Of a stretch of DNA of 64,000 nt, positions 36,831 to 50,205 are shown piece after piece; within the stretch, counting starts at the first letter, position 1, and each line of letters starts with the position of its first letter. Position numbers and translations under genes: made by a program. The notes below the pieces were generated by a model. It made no database searches. It was not told the origin of the DNA and saw only the letters and a list, made by a program, of their open reading frames with translations. This DNA comes from Octopus vulgaris (Eukaryota), in NCBI GenBank assembly GCA_951406725.2, contig OX597822.1, forward strand, positions 36,084,001 to 36,148,000, read 5' to 3'.

Positions 36831-37921
36831 ATGTATTTGATAGCACAAACAGGAGAAACAGAACTCAAAACTTAAGTATATTTTTTTTATTTTTAATCAG
36901 TGGAAGTTACAAGGTGATTCAAGAGCTAAGAGTTTTGTGCTTGGCACTTATTTACACACACACACACACACCAACATATACACATGTAAACACACACACA
37001 CACAGAATCTTGGGAAGAAGTATCAAAAATGACAAACAGCATGAAGAGAGCAACGGTATACAGGTAAGGGTGATTTCAAGATTGGAATCTAGAAAGACTC
37101 CAGTTATCCAATTATTATTATCTTTGTTATTATTATTATTATTATTATAGATTCTATGTTCTTAATAAAGTCCAGCAACAATACAGAACAACACTACACG
37201 TCATTAGAGTAGAATAAAAACTGTTATTTAATAAAAAAAATATTTAAAAAAAAAAAGACTTGACATACATCAGGAAAAAAATTTTATTCTTGGACGAAAT
37301 TTAATGATGGCAACTTGTCAGACAAATTAAGACCCTTCACCCAGTCATCCCTAAATATATAAGAGGGAAGGAGAAGATAAAATTCACCATAAATTTACTC
37401 TTCCAGCATGGTATCCTATGGTTATGTTTATCATACTTCATCTAGTATCTAGATCGATGACCGAAATGGTCCTTTCTGTACTGCAGGTGCCAACCATGTA
37501 GAATTATTCAGTAAAGAAGCTTAAGAAATTTTGGCTTAGCATCAAATCTCGAATACTAACCCTTAACCTATTGTTTTCTTCAAAAAAAAGTTTTAAAAAA
37601 AAGTGATATTGAGAAACAGTATAAAAAACTGGAAATAATATTGGTTTCAAATTTTGGCACAAGGCCAGCAATTTCGGGGGAGGGGGAAGTTAAATACAAC
37701 AGCCCCCAGTGTTCAACTGGTACTTATTTTATTGAAAGGATAAAAGGCTAAGTTGACCTTGGCAGAATGTAAAGACAGGTAGCATTTTGCATAGCATGCT
37801 AACAATTCTGTCAGCTCACCGCTGTACAGACCAGAAATAATATTGAAAATCTTATAAGATACGAATGTAATATCTAAGTGACTTTTATTTCTTAATTTAA
37901 AATATATATATATATATATAT

Positions 37922-38320
37922 ATAGGCGCAGGAATGACTGTGTGGTAAGTAGCTTGCTAACCAACCACATGGTTCCGGGTTCAGTCCCACTGCGTGGCAT
38001 CTTGAGCAAGTGTCTTCTGCTATAGCCTCGGGCCGACCAAAGCCTTGTGAGTGGATTTGGTAGAAAGAAACTGAAAGAAGCCTGTCGTATATATGTATGA
38101 GAGTGTATATGTTTGTGTGTCTGTGTTTGTCCCGCTAGCATTGCTTGACAACCGATGCTGGTGTGTTTACGTCCCCGTCACTTAGCGGTTCGGCAAAAGA
38201 GACCGATAGAATAAGTACTGGGCTTACAAAGAATAAGTCCCGGGGTCGATTTGCTCAACTAAAGGCAGTGCTCCAGCATGGCCGCAGTCAAATGACTGAA
38301 ACAAGTAAAAGAGTAAGAGT
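37922..38320 (+). mobile_element. SINE family A, full length
   Basis: Consensus-like copy inserted in (TA)n. Confidence 0.9.
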
Positions 38321-38517
38321 ATATATATATATGCAGAGGTGCATGGACCGGGCGACGCATTGTGTTCTTGAGCAAAACACTTCATTTCACGCTGCTCCAG
38401 TCCACTCAGCTGGCAAAAATGAATAACGCTGCGATGGACTGGCACCCTGTCCAGCTGGGGAACACATACACCATAGAAACTGGCCCCTTGAGCCTGGCTA
38501 GGCTTTAAAAGGTTGCC

Positions 38518-38574
<57 letters not shown>

Positions 38575-40930
38575 CTCCTAGTTACTGGAATCTATTGACA
38601 TGTATAAGAATGTGTAGATGTAAATGAAATAACACAAAATATATATATGTATAAAAATATTCTAGTAATTATAATTATACTTCTATAAATGGGCATTTCA
38701 AGAGTCAAAAATATACATATATAAGTTTGAAGTGAAGTTAATATATATGTAAATAGACAAACATATTCTCACACTAAACAGAAGGGTGGTTGGTGAATGA
38801 AAAAAATAAAATAACCATCTTGCTAGCTTTGATTCTCAATGCAATTATAAAAACATGAACCTTTTATATAAAGAATTTATTTTTGGAGAACAGCCTTCAG
38901 TTTCTCTTTGAGGGTTTCTCTGTTTTTTGAGTCTTTTTTTTTTTTTTGTGAGATTTTTTAAAAATTTAATGAAGAGAAAAAGAAGTTTACTTTTCACTAG
39001 ACATTCTAATATAAACAAACATGAACTTTCCTTACTTTCTCACCACAATTTTAATCACAAACACACACAGGTTAAACATAATTCTTTCTAATTTTGGCAC
39101 AAGGCCAGCAATTTTTATGGGAAGTGGAATAGTTAATTACATCAACCCCAGTGCTCACCTAGTACTTATTTCATTGACCCTGAAAGGAAGAAAGGCAAAG
39201 CTGACCTCAGCAGTATTTGAACTCAGAATGTTAAGCCCACTGTGCTAACAATTTGGCCATCTCACCACTTTACAGAGATTAATCAATGATTGTAGTTCTG
39301 CTATAACTTATTTTATTGTGAATTAATACTTCTTTTGTTTTTTGGATCAACAATATGAATTAATATAAATGTTATTCTTATATTTTTAAAAATAAATGTT
39401 CTTCTAAAACCAAATCTAGGGTATGAATATATTTACAGGCACCAATCTTGAGACAGGAAAATGGATAACCAGACATCTACTACTTCGCCAAGTAACTATA
39501 TTACCATTTCTCCTACAGAGCATTTGTATTTATAAGGTTGTTTATCATTGTAAACATTGAATCAAAGTCGGTCTCTTTGCTATTTGAGGCATATAGAAGA
39601 ACAGCTTCTAATGCTAGTGCTAAGTAAGGAATTATAATATTGTGGAAGCAAAAATGATACAGTTAAAATAGCAGAAACAAGTGATAGTATCTAGTTAGAA
39701 GAATACTAGCACTGTATGATGGAATCAGTAACATAGCTGCCTGTCAAGCAAGTGAATTATACCTGGATTGAGCCCTGTTGAGGTGGGCTTAGTTTCCCTT
39801 TCTTGTTCCAATCTGGTATGTTTATAAAATTCTAAAATATTTATATATAATCAGTATATATGTGTATATTTTAATGTGAAGCCATATGATGCAAATATTT
39901 AATCATAAAACCCTCATCCACAACAATGCATCAAACATGAAGGAGTTCAGTTTGATCATCAAGAATACTTCTTGATTCAACAAAAAATTTTGAAACAAAA
40001 ACGTGCCCCTATGTACACACACTGCAGCCCTTTTGCAACTTCGCCATCATTTAAATCTTTCAGTGATGAAGGGCTTTTATTGAAGGAAAACTGGTTAACA
40101 GTTCCCCCATCTGCAACAATGAATAACAACTGTGTTCAGTGTGAACAAGAGAACTTCTCAATTTATCAAAAGACTTTTTCAGACAGCAAAGATCCCAACT
40201 ATAGTTGTCTATAAACAGGCTGTCACTTGTTTAAATTTTGGTGGTGATGAAGGTTTTGTATTAGAGAAAAATTAATTAATCACTGGAACTCACTTCTGAG
40301 TTTTATTTTACTAAAAACATGTAATTTTGTTATATTATTCTTTTTGTTTACTTCATCACTTAAACTATTTTTTGTGTGTAATTTTTTTTTAATGTATACA
40401 TTGTGGAATTTGTTATGAGTATGTAAGTATATGTAACTTCATTTGTTTTACTGTACAAATGTACTTAAAGCTTTTTTTTTTCTTTTCCAAGAATTAAAGC
40501 AAACCTTGAACAAATACATACACGGTACACTGGCATACTTTACACACACATTGATGCATACCTATACACATACATCCACAAACACACATCTATGTATATA
40601 CACACATGCAGATATACATATACACACAACTACACATATAACATACATATATAAAAACATATCTATGCATATACACACATTCATACATACAGGCATACAT
40701 ACATCTCTATGCATATACATACAGAAATACATACAAATTTATGCATGTATACACATGCATATACACATAGATCTATATACACACCCCTAAACCTTCCAAC
40801 CTTTACTTGGTGTTATACACCTAAAATGTCCCCATTAATAAAAATGAAAAAAATGTTTCGCGAAATAGTCAAATTTCACAAGCCAATCTCCTTGATGATT
40901 TCACAATTAAAAATGCTGGCAGAAAAGGTA

Positions 40931-41105
40931 TCACCACTCTTCAGAGCGAACCAGATTTCTGTTCGTAACTTTCCTGCCACTGGGTGTAACAGGCAAAGGC
41001 TCTCCTCTGATGATAGCGCCAACTTCAGAATGCTTGTTTTTGTTGTGGTATTCCCATGCTTCAGGTTTGGTGCGAGTTGGAGACACATGCCCACGGCTAT
41101 GGCCA
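40931..41105 (-). CDS. Terminal coding exon of an uncharacterised repeat protein (GHSRGHVSPTRTKPEAWEYHNKNKHSEVGAIIRGEPLPVTPSGRKVTNRNLVRSEEW*)
   Basis: Acceptor ttcttttctttcag; 1 nt plus 58 codons to TGA; phase 2 matches the upstream exon (AG|T = Ser). Confidence 0.85.
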
Positions 41106-42703
41106 CTGAAAGAAAAGAATTATGAATTTGTTATATGATCATATCTAATAATAATAAGAAATTAAAAAGAAAAACAAGAATTTAATTAAATCATCCAAAT
41201 ACTTCATAATATATCCAATTAATAAGTTACAGGTTATGTCAGGCTGAAGATTTCTAATGAGAATGAAATAGTACTTTACATGATTACCTCCAATTAGAAG
41301 TTGTAAGAACTTCGTAATAGACAAAAAAAATAATTAAAGATGGGGACTCTACACATCTTCCTCATATTTTGCAATTTCAAATTCAAATTTCTGAATTCTA
41401 TCTTGTGTTGTGAGAGAATAATTACCATCTTTGTATTGATGACCATTGCCAGAGGAAATCACATGTATCCATGTTTCTAATATAAGATACTAGAAAAAGG
41501 GGAAAGGCTTTGTTGGTTAATGATAATCATGCAACTGCACATATATGTACAAGCTTGGGCAAGATTTCTTGAGAAAGACCATCAGTTGCCCAAGTATGCA
41601 AGTCTCTACTCGACACCAGCAAGGGACCAGGTGATGATATTAAACCAAGAGACAGATTAAGCCTACCATTCAAAAAGGTCATGGTAGGATTTGATCTCAG
41701 AACACAAAAACAATGGTGCACACACCATAAGATTTCCCATCTGACTTGCCAACAATTCTGCCAGTCCATAACAGCCCAGACTAGTGTTTTATAAACCCTG
41801 AAGGGATGGAACATATAGATGACATTAGAACTTAAACAGCTGGAATAAAAACTGCAAAGCAGGCTGCCTAACACTGTATGGACACCACCAATCCGCCATC
41901 ACCTCTTCATGGAAGTAAGATGGTTGAGTGGGACAAGAAATTAAATTATCACCAAATCGAAGATCCTCTCATTCAATCCCACTGTGTTTCATAACTGCCA
42001 TATTTATCTTCTTCCCAACTACTTTTACCCACCCTAATAAAATACAGGATAACCATGCATCTCCTCAATAGCAAGGCATCTCTGCTTGATCCCAATCATC
42101 TTCAAACTTCCTATCACCCAGCATACAGCCACTTCCCCATCTCATAAACCCCCTGCCCTGCTTAATTGAGATTTTTCTTCTTCTCTTGTCTTACAAGTTA
42201 CTTACTGACCTCATTAACACCACTGGCACAAATAAATATCCAGTACATATTGTAAAGTGATTGGCATTAGGATGACAGGCTTCTTTCAGTTTCCATCTAA
42301 CCAAATTTACTTACAAGGCTTTAGATGGCCCAGGACTGTGATAGAAGATACTTGCACAAGGTGCCTCACAGTGGGACTGAACTTGAAACTGCATAATTGC
42401 AAAGCAAACATCTTAACCATGCAGTCACTCCCGTGCCATCTTAATAATACTGATTTCTCACACAAGCACAAGGCCACAAGTTTTGGAAGAAACCAGTTAT
42501 TTATGTCAGGCCAAACATTTTTGATTATAAGCATTTATTTCTTCTCAAAAAGGAAGAAAATGATTCCAACAGGATTTGAACTCAAAACCCAAAGGGATAT
42601 ATCTAAATACTGCAGATCATTTTGTCCAAAGCTCTACTGATTCTACAACTCTGTCTCAACAAATTTTAGTTGACCCATGCAAACATGAAAATGTCTATGT
42701 TAA

Positions 42704-43453
42704 CCCTTTTGATACCAACCTGGCTCTGAGTACAAATGTCTTGTTTTCGTAAGTTCTGAATTAAAATCTTCCACCAAACCTTAGTCACAATTGATTTTCC
42801 TAATACAAGCTTAGTGGAGGCACATGGCTTAGTGGTTAGAGCAGCGGACTCGCGATCGAAGGACCGCGGGTTCGAATCTCAGACCGGGTGATGTGTGTGT
42901 GTTTATAAGCGAAACACCTCAGCTCCACGAGGCTCCGGCAGAAGGTAATGGCAAACTTCTGCTGACTCTTTCGCCACAACTTTCTCTCACTCTTTCCTCC
43001 TGCATCTTGCAGCTCACCTGTGACGGACCAGCGTTCCGTCCAGGTGGGGAACCTATACGCCACGGAAACCCGGAAATCGGCCCTATGAGCTAGGCATGGC
43101 TTGAGAAGGAACAAACAACAACAACACAAGCTTAATGATAACCAAGATATTTTACTAAATTCTTTATTATATTTAACCCTTTAGTGTTCACATTATTCTA
43201 CCAAAATTAATGCTTTTTCATCCACATTGTTTTGAACTAATCGTGCATTATCTTGTAGCAATGAGATTCTGCTGAGGTAGCTGTTAATTTTAAAAACAAT
43301 ATTGTAGGGTTGGTGTGAGAGACCAGATCTGGCCAGTTTGAACATAAAAAAGGTAGAATACTTTTGGCCAGATATGGCTGGTTTAAATGCTAAAAGGTTA
43401 AAGTAATTGAAAAAAACACAGAGTATCTCAAAATAAATACAGTAACGAAAGGG
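42704..43453. mobile_element. TTAA (piggyBac-like) MITE containing a SINE and a second TTAA MITE
   Basis: TTAA|CCCTTT...AAAGGG|TTAA; family D SINE 42814-43125 with TSD ACAAGCTTA; inner MITE 43177-43397 flanked by TTAA. Confidence 0.75.
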
Positions 43454-43563
43454 TTAAACAATGAAAACTGCAGCTGCAACAAAGATGACAATAGCATCGG
43501 ATCCAGAGAAAGACTATATCTCATCTTTAACACGAAAGATAAGACAAACAGATGTCATTAAAG

Positions 43564-44128
43564 TAGGGATCACAAAAGGGAGTCTGACAGACCTCCTAGG
43601 GGTCAGTGAGGAATTACAGGGGGTCGATGATAGTCAAGGGGTTGAATGGGGATTGGCATGTGAAAGACCAGCTCACCCAGATGAACTGCTTGAAATATTT
43701 AGTCAGCGCCATGCCCATCCCTCACATTGATGTTGCCAATTTCAATAAAAAAAATTCCAGCAATATGATGCATTTTTCATATTTTCTAACTTTGAAAACT
43801 ATTCCATAAAAATTGAAAGTTTAATACTGTATACTCGTATATGTAATTTTAAATGTAAAAAGTGTGTCATCTTCAAAGGAATTTCTTAATCTGTCATACA
43901 TGTATATTTTAGCTAACATTTTAATTGCCAGCCTCAGCACCGGGTATGCATTTAAAGTAGGTACAGTAGGGTAGGGTATTAAGATATTTCAAATGAGGAG
44001 GGTGGTTGAAGCAGAAGGTGAAGTGGCTAAAGAGGGTCGAAGCAGAAGGTGAAGTGGCTAAAGGGGGTCGATGCGGAAGGAGAAGTGGCTAAAGGGGGTC
44101 GATGGTTGAAAAAGTTTGGTGACCCCTG
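43564..44128. mobile_element. hAT non-autonomous element
   Basis: TIR TAGGGATCAC/GTGACCCCTG; perfect 8-bp TSD CATTAAAG; three internal ~30-bp repeats. Confidence 0.8.
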
Positions 44129-45137
44129 CATTAAAGACTTCTTAAAACTAGGAGGAGACATTTAGTTGTTTTGTGAAGAATCTTCAGTTGATGGTTAGTC
44201 ACACCGTGGTGTTAGGAGTGGCATCCAGCTGTAGAAACTCTGCCAGATCAGACTGGAGCCTGGTGCAGTCTCCTGGCTTCCCAGACCCTGATCGAACCAT
44301 CCAAAACATGCTAACATGGAAAACGGACGTTAAGCAATGATGATGATGATGATGATTTTTATTGACTTCCTCTAGCAAAAATATGTAAACGTCCAAACAT
44401 GTAAATGGTTCTTCAACCATAGAGAATGGATTCTACAGAGTATATTTTGGTTTGTTTAGCAATGTCCCAGTTATTGTTTCCCTGACAGGCTGACATTAGA
44501 GTGAACTAATGGTAGTAAAACGAATGTAGTAAATACAGCTGTTACATTTTATAAGTGATTTGTTCTACATTTCAGCTGTTGATGTCACTGACAACAATAG
44601 CAGTAGCAAAGGAGCCACTATATGGTCATTTGACATGCTAGAAGTAGCAATCAAATCTCCTGCAAACTACACACAAAAGAGACATTAGATAATGTAGTCT
44701 GAGATACACTGTTGTTGGAAGAAAAAAAAAGAAGTTACAGTTCACATGCCTTTGCTCATAGGTTTGTTTGGTTAGAATAGAATTTTGTTTACACAACAAC
44801 AGATACAGACAGCAGGAATTAATAATGAAAATAAAAAAAATCATTTTATAAGTATGTACTAACAGATATTTAATAGATAGTCCTTGTAACTGAAGATCAA
44901 AGTAGTACATAAATGAGCAGATATATTTATCATCATTATTTAATGTCCAGCTTCCATGCTAACATGTTAGACATGTTGACATAAAATAAAACAATCCAAG
45001 TCTACATTGGATTGCTTCTATAGATTGTTTCATTATTATTAAAACAGAAGCAAGCATGGCAGAGCAGGTAAGAAGTTTGCTCTCCAATCCTCAAGTCCCT
45101 CATTTGATTCCACAGCACAGCATCATATTCAAGAGTT

Positions 45138-45525
45138 CATCATCATCATCATCATCGTTTAACGTCCGCTTTCCATGCTAGCATGGGTTGGATGATTTGA
45201 CTGAGGACTGGCGAACCGGATGGCTGCACCAGGCTCCAATCTGATCTGGCAGAGTTTCTACAGTCAGATGCCTTTCCTAACGCCAACCACTCTGAGAGTG
45301 TAGTAGGTGCTTTTATGTGCCACTGGCACAAGGGCCAGTCAGGTGGTACTGGCAACGGTTACGCTCAAATGGTAAGGTAACGCTGGTAACAATCACACTC
45401 GAATGGTGCTTTTTACATGCACTGGCATAGAAGCCAGTTTGCTGCTCTGGCAACGATTACGCTCGGATGGTGGTCTTAGCACTCCACTAGCATGGATGCC
45501 AGTCATCGAATTTGATTTTGATTTC
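45138..45525 (-). mobile_element. SINE family C
   Basis: (CAT)n tail, core and subrepeats. Confidence 0.85.
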
Positions 45526-45998
45526 GACAATTAATTGACCTACCCACCTGTTTAACCTTTAGCACACTGATTTGCCCCTAGAATAGTTTCCCCTGCCACT
45601 GCATTATTTTTAAGGGAACAAAAGACATGAGCAGCTACCATTTTAAAATTGTTATAACTTTTGTTGTATTGTGTGTGTAGACTTGATTTGTTTGTATGTA
45701 TGGAAGCTCATGAAAGTTGTGAATGAGCATCACTATCATCCAAATAGAGTCCTTCAGTTCCAATCTTCCCTGAAAACATGTCTGGCCATGTAGAAATATT
45801 ACTTGACTTAGAAACAAGTGAAGTGTTGGTGAAAGGAAAGGCATCCAGCCATAGAAAAATATGCCAGTCTGACCCATGCAAATATGATAAAATGCATGTT
45901 AAAATGGTTGCAGGAGCTACCATGACCAATATCAATGTATATCACATCACTAACAGGGTAGGGTGTGTTACCTCCCAAGAAAACAAAAAAACACTCAC

Positions 45999-46208
45999 CT
46001 GGAATAACCGTTCAAGAAATTTCCATTACGCTCATAGTGTGGCTGCCCGTTCACCTTTGGAGACGACCTGTGTTCACTACTGGTACCACTGTGGTTTGTG
46101 TTATCTTCATTCATTCCCATTATCTCCTTCATGGCACCGTTGTTGTAGCGGGCTACAATCTGTTCTCCTTCAGGGCGGAGTCGTGTGGAAGGAGGGATTT
46201 CGTCCCAA
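45999..46208 (-). CDS. Internal 210-nt coding exon (WDEIPPSTRLRPEGEQIVARYNNGAMKEIMGMNEDNTNHSGTSSEHRSSPKVNGQPHYERNGNFLNGYS)
   Basis: Acceptor cttatctctactgaacag; donor CAG|gtgagt; open frame; phase 2-2; splices in frame to 41105. Confidence 0.9.
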
Positions 46209-46659
46209 CTGTTCAGTAGAGATAAGAAAAATATATAAATATATCATAGAAATATTTGAATAAGACAAAAAAAGTATGTAAAATAAGAAAACAATGGAAA
46301 GTAATTATTGCGAGAGAGAGGAAAGAAAGTGTTATATTCTGTGGATTTAACATTTTTACTGCAGAAATAAAAATATACCCCCTCAAAATTTCATTACCTG
46401 GAACTGTGGAAATTAGTTATAGAAATCAATCAGTCATTTGTCGAGGAATGTCATATTTGAAACCGCTTTCTGTTGAGATATGTCAAGTTTATTGAGGAAC
46501 GTCACTTGCAGACAATACCAATTTTATTTTTGAGGAGATATTTAACATCATTACAGGAATAACCATGAAATTTAATTTCCCAATTAAAGACAATTGTGTG
46601 TTTCGTTTTCTTTTGTTGCTCCAATCATTAATCTTCAAGGACTCCAATATACATTTTAC

Positions 46660-47062
46660 ACTCTTTTACTTGTTTCAGTCATTTGACTGTGGCCATGCTG
46701 GAGCACCTCCTTTAGTCGAGCAAATCGACCCCAGGACTTATTCTTTGTAAGTCTAGTACTTATTCTATTGGTCTCTTTTGCCGAACCGCTAAGTTACGGG
46801 GACGTAAACACACCAGCATCGGTTGTTAAGCGATGTTGTGGGGACAAACACAGACACACAAACATACACACACACACACACATATGTATATATATATATA
46901 TACAATGGGCTTCTTTCAGTTTCCATCTACCAAATCCACTCACAAGGCTTTGGTCGGCCCGAGGCTATAGTAGAAGACACTGGCCCAAGGTGCCACGCAG
47001 TGGGACTGAACCCAGAACCATGTGATTGGTAAGCAAGCTACTTGCCACACAGCCACTCCTAC
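46660..47062 (-). mobile_element. SINE family A, full length
   Basis: Consensus-like copy. Confidence 0.9.
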
Positions 47063-47579
47063 ACTTATTTTATATATATTTCATCCACTAAAAATGGGTG
47101 AAAAACAAAGCAGATCTGAGTAGGATTTCAACTAAAGCATCAAAAGATATTTTTGTACTCTTGACACCCAAACAATCCTGCTATCCACCCCTTGCCTCAC
47201 ATATTATCAATATTTGAACATCAAGTCTTAGGGAGTTTCTATGCAGTCACATGATCAGCTAGATATATAAACAGCAGCCAAAACTTTCTCAAATCATCCA
47301 CCCACGTACACTGACTTATAAAAAGAGACATTGTTTTCTTTCCTCACACTGGGGTGAGGCAGATCTGTACCAAACAGCAAACATGCCAATGTACTACTAT
47401 TCCGCAATACCACATACAAATCCCATGCTTTAACTCTCCTGTTACCATATTTCTGTTGAAATACACTGCCTTTTGTTTCAATTCTGGAAATAATGGTAAA
47501 TTTAGTAAAAGGAGTTTGTAATTAATAAGATGATGTACGGAATATAATTTTGATGGAAACTTTTAATATAGATCACTTG

Positions 47580-47785
47580 AACTCTTTAGAACTTAAACCA
47601 GCCATATCAGGCCCAAAGATTCTACTCATTTTGTGGTCCAGCTTCTCACACCTACCCTACAATGTCATTCTGAAGTAAAGAAGCACATCATCAACATCTG
47701 AAAGCTATGATAATAATTAATTTCAAAAATGTGAATAAAATAAGTATTACAATTGACAGAGTAAGCTGAATGCTAAAGGGTTAAA
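47580..47785. mobile_element. TTAA MITE (same family as 43177-43397; split copies at ~30500-31093 and ~49650-50282)
   Basis: Shared CCAGCCATATCAGGCC...CTACAATGTCATTCT...GCTAAAGGGTTAA. Confidence 0.65.
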
Positions 47786-48103
47786 ATAAGAAGTCTGTAT
47801 CACAGAACCAAGGAAAGTACCAGGTAGATTGGTGTCAAAAGGAAGGAGGGGAAGGGGTGAGAGGGGAGGGAGGAGGGGAAGGGAGAGAAGAGGGGAGGGA
47901 GGAGGGAAAGGGAGAGAAGAGGGGAGGGAGAGACAGACAGACAGACATTACAATTGATTAATTGAACACATCTGACCTAAACACTTTCCCTCTCATACAT
48001 AGAGAAGTATGTTCACACACATAAACAGAGAGTGAGAGAGAGGGGGGCAGAGAGAAAAGGTGGGAGAAAGAAAAAGGGAAACATTAAAATGTCTGATGTC
48101 AAA

Positions 48104-48488
48104 TTGTGGCACTCCATTGCTTACAATGACGAGGGTTCCAGCTGATCTGATCAACAGAATAGCCTGCTCATGAAATTAACATGCAAAGTGGCTGAGCGCT
48201 CCATAGACACATATACCCTTAACATAGGTCTCAGGGAAATTCAGCATGACATAGAGTGTGACAAGGCTGGCCCTTTGAAACACAGGTACAACAGAAACAT
48301 GAGGAAAGAATGAGAGACAGTGGTGGTGAAAGAGTACAGCAGGGTTCGCCACCACCCTCTGCCAGAGCTTCAAGGAGCTTTAAGTGTTTATGCTCAATAA
48401 ACATTCACAACACCCGGCATGGGAATCGAAACTGTGATCCTACAACCGCAAGTCCGCTGCCCTAACCACTGGGCCACTGTGCCTCCAC
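48104..48488 (-). mobile_element. tRNA-derived SINE (hybrid head and tail)
   Basis: - strand head GTGGAGGCACAGTGGCCCAGTGGTTAGG...GTTTCGATTCCC. Confidence 0.75.
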
Positions 48489-48619
48489 TGATGTCAAATA
48501 AGTCAGCATTGAACTCCCAAATGGAAGGGGCTAAAACATTTGAGCCAAAACATTTCCTACCCCTTGTGCACTGCCCTTCTCTTTTAAAAAAAAATATCTC
48601 TAAATGCAAGATTCAGTAT

Positions 48620-49340
48620 TTTGTTATAGTGATTTCAAGTGGCAACAGAAGGATAAGAAGGCTGAAGGTGTCTTGGCATCACTTACCAAGTCCTTTGTGA
48701 GCTGCTCTCCGGCTATCTATCTGAGGCTTTATATGGCTATGGTGCAGCCTCACCTGGAATTTGCATCACCAGTCTGGAACCCCCATCTTGCCCAGGATAT
48801 TAATCGTCTGGAAACCGTTCAGCGACGTGCAACCAAGAGAATACCCTCCATCAGGCATTTGCCATATTCTGAACGCCTTACTTCTCTGGGCATGGATATA
48901 TTGAAACTCCGACGTCTGGCAGCTGACTTGGCAGATACCCATAGAATTATTAACCATCTTACAAACAATAACTCTGAGCACCTTTTCAAACTCTACCTCT
49001 CTAACACCCGTGGACATGTTTACTAAGTCAGAAAACAGCACAGGTCCCATGACTTTAGGAAACATTTTTTTCACACTAAGAGTTGCTGAAGTAAGGAACA
49101 AACTGCCAGCATCAGTTGTTAGTTGTCAGAGCACTGCATCCTTCAAAACTTCCATACTTCCTGAGATTCACCAACACTACACCTGATTTTCTCCCCTCCA
49201 TTCACACACAAGCATGTATCTGACTCATACACTGTTCACTTCCCAGACATTTGTACATTACTGCATATGCTTTATACGCATTTTTGACAAGGTGTGGTGC
49301 ACCTGAGCACTGTATTCAATAATTTCATTATTATTATTAT
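48620..49340 (+). pseudogene. CR1-like LINE ORF2 C-terminus and 3'UTR with (ATT)n tail
   Basis: LYMAMVQPHLEFASPVWNPH...LETVQRRATK...TRGH motifs. Confidence 0.9.
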
Positions 49341-49800
49341 TATTTAGAAATAGAGATAAATAAATAAATAGACAGGAGGGAAGAAGAGGGGGTCCAATAT
49401 AAGACAACAAGTTATAATGACAACAAACACTGAGATGAGATTAAAGTAAACAAATAGCTGAAAGTCCATTCCTGCTCAAATTTTATCTGGAATCTTTATC
49501 TTAGTAGTGTTGACTGTTGTTGCTTATAATACTTCAAGGAATCCTGTTTTTCTTGGCATCAAAGAACTACAACCTTTTAGAGCAAAAATGAACATATTTT
49601 GTGGGGAGAAGAAAGAAAGCGGGTGAAGGCATACAGCTGGAACTGGCTTTAAGATGTTTAACATTTTTGCATTTAATCCGGCCATATCTGGCCCAAATAT
49701 TGTACGTTTTATGTTAAAACTGACCAGATCCAACCTCTCACACCTATCCTACAATGTCATTCTAAAGCTATACAAACACACAATTGAGACTGCATGATAA

Positions 49801-50205
49801 TCATCATCATCATCGTTTACCGTCCGTTTTCCATGCTAGCATGAGTTGGATGGTTCGACCAGGGTCTGGGAAGCCAGGAAGCTGCACCAGGCTCCAGTCT
49901 GATCTGGCAGTGTTTCTACAGCTGGATGCCCTTCCTAACGCCAACCACTCCATGAGTGTAGTGGGTGCTTTTTACATGCCACCGGCACAGATGCCAGGGG
50001 AGGCTGGCAATGGCCACGATCGGTTGGTGCTTTTTACATGCCACCGGCACGGAAGCCAGTCAAGGCAGTGCTGGCATCAGCCACGTTTGGATGGTGCTTT
50101 TTATGTGCCACCAGTACGGGTATCACAACTACAATTTCCATTTGATTTTTATTTCGATGTTGATGTACTTGACTCAATAGGTCTCCTCAAGCACAGCAGG
50201 TCACC
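49801..50205 (-). mobile_element. SINE family C inserted in a TTAA MITE
   Basis: Consensus-like; MITE halves on both sides. Confidence 0.85.

Noticed and set aside
40876-41106. ORF-track 76-aa protein MAIAVGMCLQ...
   Set aside because: Wrong frame; splice phase with the upstream exon supports the frame ending at 40931
45778-46263. 161-aa + strand ORF
   Set aside because: Antisense shadow of the real - strand exon plus SINE sequence
47840-47935. Purine-rich G-run tandem with quadruplex or triplex potential
   Set aside because: Common simple repeat with no sign of function
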